Below, in pieces: positions 40,138-49,665 of a DNA stretch of 64,000 bases. The first letter of the stretch is position 1. Each line of letters begins with the position of its first letter. The translations under genes and the position numbers were made by a program. The notes under the pieces are model-generated. The model saw only the letters and a list, made by a program, of their open reading frames with translations. It was not told the origin of the DNA and ran no database searches. Source of the DNA: an uncultured bacterium (lineage in GTDB: Bacteria; Patescibacteriota; Minisyncoccia; Phycocordibacterales; PALSA-1337); NCBI GenBank assembly GCA_903839725.1, contig CAIMDG010000002.1, forward strand, positions 1,078-65,077, given 5' to 3'.

Positions 40138-41217
40138 TTAATTCGGCAACTTTCCTCCCTCAATCGTTCCAATCTTTAATTCTGGAATGCGCACACCATT
40201 TTCATCAAACACAATCTTTCCATCAGCCCCGACGAGGGTGACATGCTTCATATTGTTCACCCATGTAGCCTTATCTGAATTGTAACTTTGAGCTAGAAGC
40301 ATAAAAGCATTGTAACCAGTCTCTGAACCGATCGCCGGTTCGACACCATACATTTTCTTGTAAGCCTCATTGAACGTACTGCGGTACACGTTTGGAACGG
40401 TATAGAGAATACTTCCATTTAACACATTCATATTTCCGAGCACTTTCGCATAGTCACCAAATCCTGTTTGGATATTTGCGTCGAATACATACCGATATTT
40501 TGTGTGTGAGATTGAACCGAGCTCCTTTGCAAGAAGTCCGCCAGAAGTTGGTTTGACGATAAACACGATTACGTCTGGCTTGAATGAGATCGCTTTCAAA
40601 GCACTTGATTTGATATCCCGACCATCAGCTGAAACTTGGATTTCGTTGTATGGCATAGCAAATCCTTTTTCAAAACCTTGAGCAAAACGTTCAAAAGCCG
40701 AAGATCCTTTGTCGACAAACACAACGGCATTCTTGAATCCTTTACCAGCAACGTATTTACCAAGCTCAACTTCAGCTGGCACACTTCCTGGCCACAACTG
40801 AACAATGTTGTCATTCGCCGCTTCAATTCCTTGTTCAAAACCGAGAGCAACTGGCATACCAGTCTGCACAACGTCTCCATAGATCGAATCAATTGTAACC
40901 GTTGTCATGTTAATGAGACCATCAACATGATCAATACTTACAAGTTTCTTGTAGGCCGAAAGTCCTTTCTTGGAATCAAAACTGTCATCTTCAGTTATAA
41001 GCGAAATCTGTTGATTTATATGTGAACTATTCCATTCAGCCTGAGCGAGCTTTGCACCTTTGGCAAAACTATCACCGACAGCGGCATAATCACCGGTCAT
41101 TCCAGCAATCATGCCAAATGTGAGCTGTGTGGTTGGTTTCTTCGTATTAAACAAACCAATCATCACAATAACTAGAATTACCACAACTAGGCCTGAAATT
41201 TGATATTTTTTATTCAT
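40138..41217 (-). CDS. LivJ/K-type ABC substrate-binding protein 4
   Basis: FGMIAGMTGDYA, EDDSFD, KKLVSIDHV, GYNAF, GKIVFDENG. Confidence 0.85.
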   Translation of the reverse strand: MNKKYQISGLVVVILVIVMIGLFNTKKPTTQLTFGMIAGMTGDYAAVGDSFAKGAKLAQAEWNSSHINQQISLITEDDSFDSKKGLSAYKKLVSIDHVDGLINMTTVTIDSIYGDVVQTGMPVALGFEQGIEAANDNIVQLWPGSVPAEVELGKYVAGKGFKNAVVFVDKGSSAFERFAQGFEKGFAMPYNEIQVSADGRDIKSSALKAISFKPDVIVFIVKPTSGGLLAKELGSISHTKYRYVFDANIQTGFGDYAKVLGNMNVLNGSILYTVPNVYRSTFNEAYKKMYGVEPAIGSETGYNAFMLLAQSYNSDKATWVNNMKHVTLVGADGKIVFDENGVRIPELKIGTIEGGKLPN

Positions 41218-41387
41218 ATAATGTGATTTATTTGTAACAATATTAGTATACATATATCAAATATAATCAAGAAATAAATCATAACTTTGAATATATACAT
41301 GAATTATATCCATATGTATCAATCCATATCTAAATATTAGTATGTCAGGAATATTGACACTTTCATACATAATGCTAGAATCTACAC

Positions 41388-42203
41388 ATGAAAATCAAAC
41401 AAAGTTCAATCATAGACCTCCTACAGCTCAGCAAAAAAGAGCAGGTCATTTTCAACCTACTCAACAATGAATCATCCACACCTGTATCACTAGCCAAGAA
41501 ATGCTCTATCCCCCGCCCTACCATATATATCACTCTCGAAAAGCTCCACAACCGTGGCTTAATCATAAAAAAGAAAATCTCACACAAAACCTACTGGCAA
41601 AAGAATTCTGATGATGAAATCGAGAGTCTCGCCTACCGATTCAAGGAGTTGCTTTCAGCAAGTAGTGCTACAAAGCAAGAAAAGATTTCCATCACTGATT
41701 CTTCACAGGTCGTTGTTCATCGTGGACAAAAAGCTATCTTCAAACTATTCTCCAGTCTAGTTGACGAACACGCTGGTGAAAAGATGATCGCACTTCAGGG
41801 AAATCTTGCAGGATATGCGTGGAGTAAGTTATTTAACGTGCAAGAAATTAACATCATCAACCAGAAGATTAAGAAAAATAAAGTTATTACGGAACTTGTT
41901 ACTTCTAGGGAGTGGTTCAAGAGTCAAACTGAACTCTTTGGTACAGGTTGGGCCAAAAACTTTGAAGGTAGAACGATTCGTATGCAGGATGTTGGGAACC
42001 AGTACTTGAATTACGCTAGTCAGATATTTATTTTCAGAGACAAAGTATATATTGACGCAATGTCGGATAAAGTCTTCATCGAAATAAAGAACCCAGAGAT
42101 TGCGAAGCTGCTGGTTTCAATTACGCAGTTTGTTCAAGATCATTCGGAGGTGTTGGATGCGAATAAACTTCTCAGAGAACTGATCAGTAACAATTCAAAA
42201 TAG
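41388..42203 (+). CDS. TrmB-family transcriptional regulator 2
   Basis: LSKKEQVIF..LAKKCSIPRPTIYITLEKL..RGLI; IFIFRDKV..IEIKN. Confidence 0.8.
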   Translation: MKIKQSSIIDLLQLSKKEQVIFNLLNNESSTPVSLAKKCSIPRPTIYITLEKLHNRGLIIKKKISHKTYWQKNSDDEIESLAYRFKELLSASSATKQEKISITDSSQVVVHRGQKAIFKLFSSLVDEHAGEKMIALQGNLAGYAWSKLFNVQEINIINQKIKKNKVITELVTSREWFKSQTELFGTGWAKNFEGRTIRMQDVGNQYLNYASQIFIFRDKVYIDAMSDKVFIEIKNPEIAKLLVSITQFVQDHSEVLDANKLLRELISNNSK

Positions 42204-43070
42204 TTATAACCTATACTCCCCAACCAAACCCTGTGGCCTATACAACATCAACAGTATCAATATAACACCATACACCACTTGACGCATTTGCGCTGCAATG
42301 TCATCTGGAAAACCGACGAAGCGCAGGACTTCCGGCAAAAGGATGAGACATATTGCCCCGATAACTGCACCCTTGTTATTCGCCATACCACCCAAGATAA
42401 CCACAGCCAGAATGAAGATGGATTCCGTCAAAGTGAAACTCGATGGATCGATAAATGTAATGTACGAAGCAAAAAGTGAGCCTGCCACTGCCGCCATTCC
42501 TGCCGAGACAACGAAGATGGCGAGCTTGTACCAGAGAACGCGGTAACCAAAGACTTGAATAGCTTTTTCATCTTCACGGATAGCCTTGAGCACACGACCA
42601 AACGATGAATTCGTAATGTAGTGACAAACACCAAAAACAATCAGAGCACAGACAACCGCAAGAACAAGGAACCAACTATTTTCAGAGAAAGTAAAACCGA
42701 ATATGCTTGGGCGAGGAATTCCAGGAATACCGAGCGGACCACGTGTGAGCGACTGCCAATTCAAGAAAATACTATAAATGATGACGTTGAAACCAAATGA
42801 ACCCAGTGCATAATAATCATCTTTGAATTTTGAAAGCACAAAACCTATCGCTAGACTCAACACTGCGGTAATGATAATACTGAAAAGCATAGCGAGAAAG
42901 AAATTCATGCCAACTGAAGTAAGCAGGATTGCTGTCACATATGCACCAATACCATAGAATGCTGCTTGAGTAATACTGAGCAGACCTGTGAATCCTACAA
43001 TCAAGTTCAAAGAAAGACCGAGAATGGCGTAGATCGAGATCAGGATGGCAATGTGTATGAGATATTCCAT
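42204..43070 (-). CDS. livM: Branched-chain amino acid ABC permease (LivM-like)
   Basis: LNLIVGFTGLLS..QAAFYGIGAY, SFGRVLKAIREDE, LYRPQGL. Confidence 0.9.
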   Translation of the reverse strand: MEYLIHIAILISIYAILGLSLNLIVGFTGLLSITQAAFYGIGAYVTAILLTSVGMNFFLAMLFSIIITAVLSLAIGFVLSKFKDDYYALGSFGFNVIIYSIFLNWQSLTRGPLGIPGIPRPSIFGFTFSENSWFLVLAVVCALIVFGVCHYITNSSFGRVLKAIREDEKAIQVFGYRVLWYKLAIFVVSAGMAAVAGSLFASYITFIDPSSFTLTESIFILAVVILGGMANNKGAVIGAICLILLPEVLRFVGFPDDIAAQMRQVVYGVILILLMLYRPQGLVGEYRL

Positions 43071-43071
43071 A

Positions 43072-43938
43072 TTATTTCTTTAATATTCCCTGTGGTCTAA
43101 ACAACAAAAAAATAATCAATACTCCGAAGGCAATCGCATCTTTCCATTCACCGGAAATCTGCCAGATACCAAAGTTCTCGATAAAGCCGAGGAGGAATGC
43201 ACCGAGTACACCGCCATATACATTGCCGATACCACCGATGATACACGCAATCACACCTTTCAAGAGAAGTGACAATCCCATCGTTGGTTCTATACCAGTA
43301 TCAAAGCCAACGAGAATACCAGCGAGACCGGCGATCGCTGAGCCTATAAAAAATGTCCATCCGATAACTCTAACAGTATTGATACCAACGATCTTCGAAA
43401 CTTCCTCATCATCCCCCACTGCTTTGATAGCTTTACCGAACAATGTGTACCTGAACATGAGACCAATACCAACCATGATGAGAATTCCGAGAATGAGAAT
43501 GATAAGTTGTGTCTGCGTGATCACTCCGCCAAAAACGGTATATACCATTTCACTACCCGCATTTTTCGAAAGTGTCTGGAATTGACTCGTAAATAAAATA
43601 GCAATAATAGCCTGTAATGCTGTCATCACTCCGAGAGCAGCAACCAGAAGAACCATGCTTGATGATTTGCGAGTACGTAGTGGTGCGTATACAAAATGAT
43701 ATATAAGTACCCCAATAGTTCCTGCAATGAGAATACCGAGAGCAACAGAAACGAATATATCTAAACCGAGTATTTTATAGAAGAAGAAAACAGTATATCC
43801 ACCAACCGCCGCAAGAGCACCGTATCCCAAATCAAAGAATTTAGCTGTACCGTAAATCAGATTGAAACCGAGAGCGACCATGGCATATATCGCTCCAGCA
43901 ATGATTGAGTTGACGATGAGTTGAGGGATGATGTCCAT
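43072..43938 (-). CDS. livH: Branched-chain amino acid ABC permease (LivH-like)
   Basis: GAIYAMVALGFNLIYG, GKAIKAV, IIGGIGNVYG, LFRPQGI. Confidence 0.9.
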   Translation of the reverse strand: MDIIPQLIVNSIIAGAIYAMVALGFNLIYGTAKFFDLGYGALAAVGGYTVFFFYKILGLDIFVSVALGILIAGTIGVLIYHFVYAPLRTRKSSSMVLLVAALGVMTALQAIIAILFTSQFQTLSKNAGSEMVYTVFGGVITQTQLIILILGILIMVGIGLMFRYTLFGKAIKAVGDDEEVSKIVGINTVRVIGWTFFIGSAIAGLAGILVGFDTGIEPTMGLSLLLKGVIACIIGGIGNVYGGVLGAFLLGFIENFGIWQISGEWKDAIAFGVLIIFLLFRPQGILKK

Positions 43939-44027
43939 GAATGTATGTAATACAGCTAAGTATACCCATTAAATAGGTACTTGAAAATAGACCATTATTT
44001 GATATCCTAAAGACTGAAAGGACCTCT

Positions 44028-44147
44028 ATGAAATACGATCGACCAACGTGCACCTCAGCAACAACAACTCGGCCACCCATTTCGGCGAATTTTTCACCGC
44101 CACCCGCGGAACCCCGCCCGAAACCGGCTGCCAAACCGAAAAAGTAG
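44028..44147 (+). CDS. Candidate 39-aa proline/lysine-rich small protein (below ORF-track cutoff)
   Basis: MKYDRPTCTSATTTRPPISANFSPPPAEPRPKPAAKPKK*; TTGAAA-N16-TATCCT at 43981, SD-like GAAAGGA, terminator 44167-44194. Confidence 0.45.
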   Translation: MKYDRPTCTSATTTRPPISANFSPPPAEPRPKPAAKPKK

Positions 44148-44166
44148 GGACCGAAGCTGCACAACA

Positions 44167-44194
44167 AAAGCCCACGAACTTGTTCGTGGGCTTT
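44167..44194. terminator. Intrinsic terminator
   Basis: AAAGCCCACGAAC-TT-GTTCGTGGGCTTT. Confidence 0.75.
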
Positions 44195-44220
44195 CATACT
44201 AATACAATTAACTAATCAAC

Positions 44221-45333
44221 TTACTGAACATCTACAAACTTACCATCTTTGGCGATTTTTATCATTGCAGGTTTCTGAACATCTCCATTTGATTCAAATG
44301 TAATAACGCCACTTGCGCCTTGATAATTATTACCAATCTTTAATAAATTTTCTTTTATTGAATCACCAGAAGTTCCCCCAGCTTTGATAGCTCTAAGTAA
44401 CAAGGTCATAGCATCATACCCTTCTGCGGTATACATTGTTGGAGCATTTCCAAAACGAGCCTTGTATCTTTCCGTAAAAGTTTTACTTGCTTCATTTGTT
44501 GGAACCACAGTGGCTGAAACTAAAACCCCATTTACATCCTTTCCTCCAACATCGAAGAATTCTTTTGTATCTACCGATTCGTCCAGAGCTGCAAATTGAA
44601 CATGTAAACCTAGATTCTTTGCTTGCTTAAAGATTAAATTGAATTGCTTATAAAATGACGCGACGAAGATTACATCAACTCCAGCCCCCTTCGCCTTTAA
44701 TAATTGAGTTCTAAAATCTGTGTCTTTTGCATTAAAGGTATCTTTTGTCACAACTTGACCACCTGCTTTAGCAAAAGTATCACTAGCATCACTAACTTCT
44801 TGGACCATCGTATCCTGACTATTGTCGTTTATGAAAGCTGCTTTTTTAAAGCCTTTTGAATACACGTACTCTGCCAAAGAATTTGCCCTGACTGAATCTG
44901 AAGCAATTGTTCTGAACATATATTTACCAGCATTAGTCAAAGTCTTTGAAGTTGCTGCTGGTGTAATTATCAATATTTTTTTAGGATCGGTAATTGGTAA
45001 TACTGATAAAACTTCAGAAGAACATACTGGGCCATACAAAGCATCTACCTTATCAATATTTAATAACTTAGATACAGCAGTAACACCATCTGCTGAGGCA
45101 CAATTGTGATCATCTTCAATAATGAAATTAACCTTATCTTTCATACCACTTTCTTCAATTGCCATAATAGCAGCATTGCGAGAACTTTCAGCATATGAAG
45201 CCAAATCTCCAGAAAGTGGCAATACGGCTCCAATCTTAACAGGACCAATCTCAGTATTTGAATTACGTGTTGCAGAAATAATGATTATCACAACCACAAC
45301 AATTCCAATCACCCACCAAATACCTTTTTTCAT
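44221..45333 (-). CDS. LivJ/K-type ABC substrate-binding protein 5 (Cys-pair type)
   Basis: KIGAVLPLSG, EDDHNC..GPVCS, YMFRT, DFRTQLLK, GYDAM, GASGVITFESNGD. Confidence 0.9.
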   Translation of the reverse strand: MKKGIWWVIGIVVVVIIIISATRNSNTEIGPVKIGAVLPLSGDLASYAESSRNAAIMAIEESGMKDKVNFIIEDDHNCASADGVTAVSKLLNIDKVDALYGPVCSSEVLSVLPITDPKKILIITPAATSKTLTNAGKYMFRTIASDSVRANSLAEYVYSKGFKKAAFINDNSQDTMVQEVSDASDTFAKAGGQVVTKDTFNAKDTDFRTQLLKAKGAGVDVIFVASFYKQFNLIFKQAKNLGLHVQFAALDESVDTKEFFDVGGKDVNGVLVSATVVPTNEASKTFTERYKARFGNAPTMYTAEGYDAMTLLLRAIKAGGTSGDSIKENLLKIGNNYQGASGVITFESNGDVQKPAMIKIAKDGKFVDVQ

Positions 45334-45390
45334 AATAAAGAATAATTACAAATAATATGTCAATTATAGTTGATACTCCCATTTCTGCAA

Positions 45391-45422
45391 CAACAAAAAA
45401 CCACCCTCTCGAGTGGTTTTTT
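45391..45422. terminator. Terminator hairpin, exact 32-bp copy of 47512-47543
   Basis: CAACAAAAAACCACCCTCTCGAGTGGTTTTTT. Confidence 0.8.
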
Positions 45423-45437
45423 ACTGTTCAAATTAAC

Positions 45438-46538
45438 TTATGGCTGTATTGTTATTGGTTTACCATCTTTAATCATACGTATTACCGCTCCAGAAACAAC
45501 AAGTCCATCAGAATCAATACTAAGATTCCCCAAGGCCCCTTGAACGTTTTTGATTGTATACAATTTTTCAGCAATCTGTTCTGACGTCGGCAATGTATTT
45601 GAGTCTACTTTTTCTGCAGCATCTGAAATTAAATGAATTATATCGTAAGCGTTTCCTGCCCCGAGTGAAGGTGGTTTATTATAGATTTTTGAATAAGAAT
45701 CTATAAATGATAATGTTGTATCAGCACCATTTACGTACCAATCTCCTTCATATATTTCAGGATGATCACTTTGTTCAAACGATTCTATAGAAGTAACAGG
45801 CGTAGTGATTCCATTTTCTTTAAGTTGTTTTGCAATAAGATCCAATTCTGGACTAAAGGCAAACAATACGTATATATCCGGATGATTGGATTGTGCCTTA
45901 GCAATCATCGTTCTAAAATCTTTTGTGCCAAAATCAAACATTTCTTGATCTACTATCTGTATGTCTGTATTTTGTATATCTTTTTGCAAAGAATGTATCA
46001 CGGCCGTTACACCTTGTATTTTAGCACCCAATATTGCCACCCTATGATATCCTCGCTTTTGTAATTCTGGCACAAAGATCTTCGTCTCCTCATAAGGTGG
46101 GGTCCAGTGAATAAAATTATAATGGCCATTTGCGACATTTGGATCAGAAGCAATACCAAACTGAATAACACGTGCTTTTTCAGCAACTGGATTGACCGCA
46201 TTACCTGCTGCCGAAGCAAGTGTGACGATTGCCGCTACATGATCAATAGATATAAGTTTTTGGGCTGCACTTACTGCCTTTGACGCATCAAATGAATCAT
46301 TTTCAAGTATTACCTTGTATTGCCATTTATTATTTGTAGTTGAAGCCAACTCAGCTTCAGCCATGCGAACCGCGTATTTAATCCCATCGCCCAAAAAGGC
46401 AACATTTCCAGTTAAAGGTGCGATGACACCAATTTTTATTATTTTATTATCATTTAATACTATGTGCTTAGAGTAATTAGCTCCAATCAAAATACCGGCC
46501 AAAATGACGATTATTACGACAAAAATCTTTGTTTTCAT
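45438..46538 (-). CDS. LivJ/K-type ABC substrate-binding protein 6
   Basis: KIGVIAPLTG, ENDSFD, QKLISID, DFRTMIAK, AYD. Confidence 0.88.
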   Translation of the reverse strand: MKTKIFVVIIVILAGILIGANYSKHIVLNDNKIIKIGVIAPLTGNVAFLGDGIKYAVRMAEAELASTTNNKWQYKVILENDSFDASKAVSAAQKLISIDHVAAIVTLASAAGNAVNPVAEKARVIQFGIASDPNVANGHYNFIHWTPPYEETKIFVPELQKRGYHRVAILGAKIQGVTAVIHSLQKDIQNTDIQIVDQEMFDFGTKDFRTMIAKAQSNHPDIYVLFAFSPELDLIAKQLKENGITTPVTSIESFEQSDHPEIYEGDWYVNGADTTLSFIDSYSKIYNKPPSLGAGNAYDIIHLISDAAEKVDSNTLPTSEQIAEKLYTIKNVQGALGNLSIDSDGLVVSGAVIRMIKDGKPITIQP

Positions 46539-46714
46539 ATATACATATTATTAGTAGTAATATGTATCCTTAATATCATTACCCCAAAACTTGTTTATAT
46601 CTTTAGAAGAGTAGCTAAATATATATTCATATTTAAAGCCATATTTTGATATAAAATTTAATAGTGTGCGTCCATAGTGACAAAATCTGTATATGTGATA
46701 ACATATATATCATT

Positions 46715-47509
46715 ATGTCAATGGATACAAAAATATACAAAGAATTAAACAGGTTCGGCTTATCAGATAAATCAGCCAAAGTGTATGCTGTTCTACTTGA
46801 TCTTGGTGGAGCCTACCCTTCACGTATAGCTGAATCAGCCCATCTAAACCGTACAACTGTTTATAAAATATTAATTGATCTTTCCATAAAAGGTCTAATA
46901 AATGAAATAAACAAAAATGGTAAAGTCTTCTATCAAGTAGAACGTCCATCTCAGCTTATTAAATATGCAAAAAATCGTAGGGATACAGCGGATGAACAAT
47001 ACGAGAGAATAAAGAATCTTATGCCAGAAATAGAAGGTCTGTACTCACTCACGCCCAATAAACCAAAGATACGATACTTTGAGGATAGCTCTAGTGTCGC
47101 CTCTATATTCGAAGATCAAGTCGATGTAAAGAAACCTTACGAAATGGTGGGTTTTGCAAATATTGAAAGGCTTGAAAAATTTCTAAAACCTTCATTTATA
47201 AAATGGTATATAAAAGAAAAGGAAAGAAAAGGAATTACTACCAGAGGAATTCTGCCTGACACCAAATTAAACAGAACATACAATGAACGTGTATACAAAG
47301 TTATAAACAAAAAATTCCAGTTAAATAACATTCGCTACATTCCGAAAGAAGAATTTCCTTTTAATGGTGAGATAACGATTTACGGAGAAAACAAGATGTC
47401 TATAATTAATTTTATTGACGAACAAGCTGTGGGGATTATTATCGAAGACAAAGCAATTCACGACATGATGGTTAGAATATTTGAGCTCTCTTGGAAAGGT
47501 TCCCAGTAA
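46715..47509 (+). CDS. TrmB-family transcriptional regulator 3
   Basis: GLSDKSAKVYAVLLDLGG..IAESAHLNRTTVYKIL..KGLI; EITIYGENK..GIIIED..FELSW. Confidence 0.85.
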   Translation: MSMDTKIYKELNRFGLSDKSAKVYAVLLDLGGAYPSRIAESAHLNRTTVYKILIDLSIKGLINEINKNGKVFYQVERPSQLIKYAKNRRDTADEQYERIKNLMPEIEGLYSLTPNKPKIRYFEDSSSVASIFEDQVDVKKPYEMVGFANIERLEKFLKPSFIKWYIKEKERKGITTRGILPDTKLNRTYNERVYKVINKKFQLNNIRYIPKEEFPFNGEITIYGENKMSIINFIDEQAVGIIIEDKAIHDMMVRIFELSWKGSQ

Positions 47510-47511
47510 CC

Positions 47512-47543
47512 CAACAAAAAACCACCCTCTCGAGTGGTTTTTT
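47512..47543. terminator. Bidirectional terminator, exact copy of 45391-45422
   Basis: Identical 32 bp; lies between convergent regulator 3 and binding protein 7. Confidence 0.8.
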
Positions 47544-47562
47544 GTTCTACGACTTTTACCTT

Positions 47563-48681
47563 TTACTGTCCTAACGTAACCGGCACACCACCTTTGATCA
47601 TTCTGACAACCGCCTTTGAGTTAACTAGATGGTCAGTTCCCATATTCAAGCCTGTTCCGAGAGCCCCATCAAAGTTTTTGATACTTGAAACCTTGGCATT
47701 GATTTGCTGACTGGTTGGGATGGTCTTTCCATCACCTGCTGCTTCGATAGATTGTACGAGCATGTTGAGTGAGTCGTATCCGTTGGCCGCACCGAACTTT
47801 GGTGCTTGACCGTATGTCTTTGTGTAGAGATCTACGAACCACTGTGTCGCGTCCGCATTATTCACGTACCACATACCTTCGAAGAGTGAGAGCTGATCTG
47901 AGAACTCGAATGTTTCCATTGTACTTACTGCGGTTTTAACACCTGCTGTGCGTAACTGTGTTGTAACCAATTCCAATTCTGGTGAAGAAAGTTCGAGGAC
48001 ATAGAGTTCAGCACCGAGATCTTTCACTTTACTGATCTGAGTACGGAAGTCGCGTGTTCCGGTAGTGATCATTTGAGTCGAAACTACTTGAATCCTTGAT
48101 TTACCGATTTCACTCAAGAAAGCATTAATGATCGCTGCACTTCCTGGGTTATCCTGCTGACCGAAGAAGACAATCTTATTGATATTACGTCTCTGTAATT
48201 CAGCAACGAACAACTTGGCATCTTCGTACGCTGGAGTGTAGTCAACATAGTTATATTCACCTGTTGCTACATGTGGATCTGAAGCAAAGTCATTGATATG
48301 AGGTATTTTTGCAGCTTCTGTGATTGGACTCACTACATTACCAACTGGTGAACCAAATGAGATGAGTGCATTCGCCTTATCAACACTGATGAGCTTATTT
48401 ACTACAGTTGCTGCATTTGATGGCTTGAATCCATCATCTTCAATCACAAGCTTGTAACTATACTTGAGATTCTTTGTGTCCAACTTACTGTATGCGAGCT
48501 CAATAGCATTTTTATTACTTTGACCAAGCATTGCTATGTTTCCGGTAAGTGGCAATGTAACTCCGATAGTAACAACTGGCTTTTGTGTGTTCGTACCTGG
48601 ATTTCTTGTAGAAAAACCTATAATACAAGCCACGATTACTATTCCAATAATACCTAATATGATTTTTGTTGTTTTATTCAT
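47563..48681 (-). CDS. LivJ/K-type ABC substrate-binding protein 7
   Basis: IGVTLPLTG, EDDGF, NKLISVD, DFRTQISK, GYDS; closest by eye to binding protein 6. Confidence 0.88.
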   Translation of the reverse strand: MNKTTKIILGIIGIVIVACIIGFSTRNPGTNTQKPVVTIGVTLPLTGNIAMLGQSNKNAIELAYSKLDTKNLKYSYKLVIEDDGFKPSNAATVVNKLISVDKANALISFGSPVGNVVSPITEAAKIPHINDFASDPHVATGEYNYVDYTPAYEDAKLFVAELQRRNINKIVFFGQQDNPGSAAIINAFLSEIGKSRIQVVSTQMITTGTRDFRTQISKVKDLGAELYVLELSSPELELVTTQLRTAGVKTAVSTMETFEFSDQLSLFEGMWYVNNADATQWFVDLYTKTYGQAPKFGAANGYDSLNMLVQSIEAAGDGKTIPTSQQINAKVSSIKNFDGALGTGLNMGTDHLVNSKAVVRMIKGGVPVTLGQ

Positions 48682-48855
48682 ATATTTACTATTAATTATT
48701 AATGTGGTGAAATTATAACACGCAAATTGATTTTGTTATTTTTAAATATTAAATTGATGTATAAATACGGCTTATAATATAGGGTATTGTAGTTATCCAC
48801 ATATTTTGTTCGTTAAAAGTGACAAAATACATCATTCCTGCTATACTGTATACAT

Positions 48856-49653
48856 ATGAAAAATGAAACTATTATTCGTCATTTACAAAAGACTGGTCTG
48901 AGTGAAAAAACAGCTATAATTTACGCTACTCTCCTTGAATTGGGCGGTGCCTACCCTTCCCGCTTGGCTGAAGTGACCAAGCTCAATCGTAGTACCATAT
49001 ATAAAATTCTCCTTGAATTATCGATCAAAGGTCTCATTACCGAAATTGAACGTGGTAAAAAACTCTTCTACCAGATCGAAAATCCTGCGAAGCTCATTCG
49101 TTTTACAAAAACTCAGTCAGACATGGCACAAGAAGCATATGAAAAGACCCGTGACCTCATTCCTGAACTCGAAGGTATCTTTGCCATGAATCCAAACAAA
49201 CCTATCATCAGATACTTCAATGATGCTGATGGTATTATTTCCATCTATGAAGAAATGGTCTCACAAAAAAAGAAATACGAGATGATTTCATTCTCGCATG
49301 GTCAGGCTTTCAAGAATTATCTACCAGCAAAATCACTGTATACATTCGTCAAAGCAAAAGAGCGCTTTGGTATTACAACTCGCGCTATCATCCCAGATAC
49401 TGCCGAAAACAGAAAATATGACGAAGAAGTATTCAAGGGCCTAGACAAAAAAGCTTGGCCGGATATTCGTTACGTACCAAAGGAAGTATTCCCCTTTGAA
49501 GCGGAAATGACTTTGTACGACAATGACAAGCTTGCCATCACCAAACTTACTGGCGAAAAACTTATCGGTATTGTTATCGAAGACAAACTTGTTCACGACA
49601 TGTTCAAAATGATTTTTGAACTCCTCTGGAAGTCAGATCAAGTTAAGAAATAA
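48856..49653 (+). CDS. TrmB-family transcriptional regulator 4
   Basis: GLSEKTAIIYATLLELGGAYPSRLAEVTKLNRSTIYKIL; close paralog of regulator 3; promoter GTGACA-N17-TATACT. Confidence 0.85.
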   Translation: MKNETIIRHLQKTGLSEKTAIIYATLLELGGAYPSRLAEVTKLNRSTIYKILLELSIKGLITEIERGKKLFYQIENPAKLIRFTKTQSDMAQEAYEKTRDLIPELEGIFAMNPNKPIIRYFNDADGIISIYEEMVSQKKKYEMISFSHGQAFKNYLPAKSLYTFVKAKERFGITTRAIIPDTAENRKYDEEVFKGLDKKAWPDIRYVPKEVFPFEAEMTLYDNDKLAITKLTGEKLIGIVIEDKLVHDMFKMIFELLWKSDQVKK

Positions 49654-49665
49654 ATCTATATCTAC

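Noticed and set aside
43841-44197. 118-aa minus-strand ORF
   Set aside because: It overlaps livH in another frame and starts inside a terminator; the + strand short ORF has better expression signals.
48793-48801. Perfect DnaA box TTATCCACA (plus TTATGCACA near 32962)
   Set aside because: Isolated single boxes with no cluster and no dnaA/dnaN nearby; not evidence for oriC.
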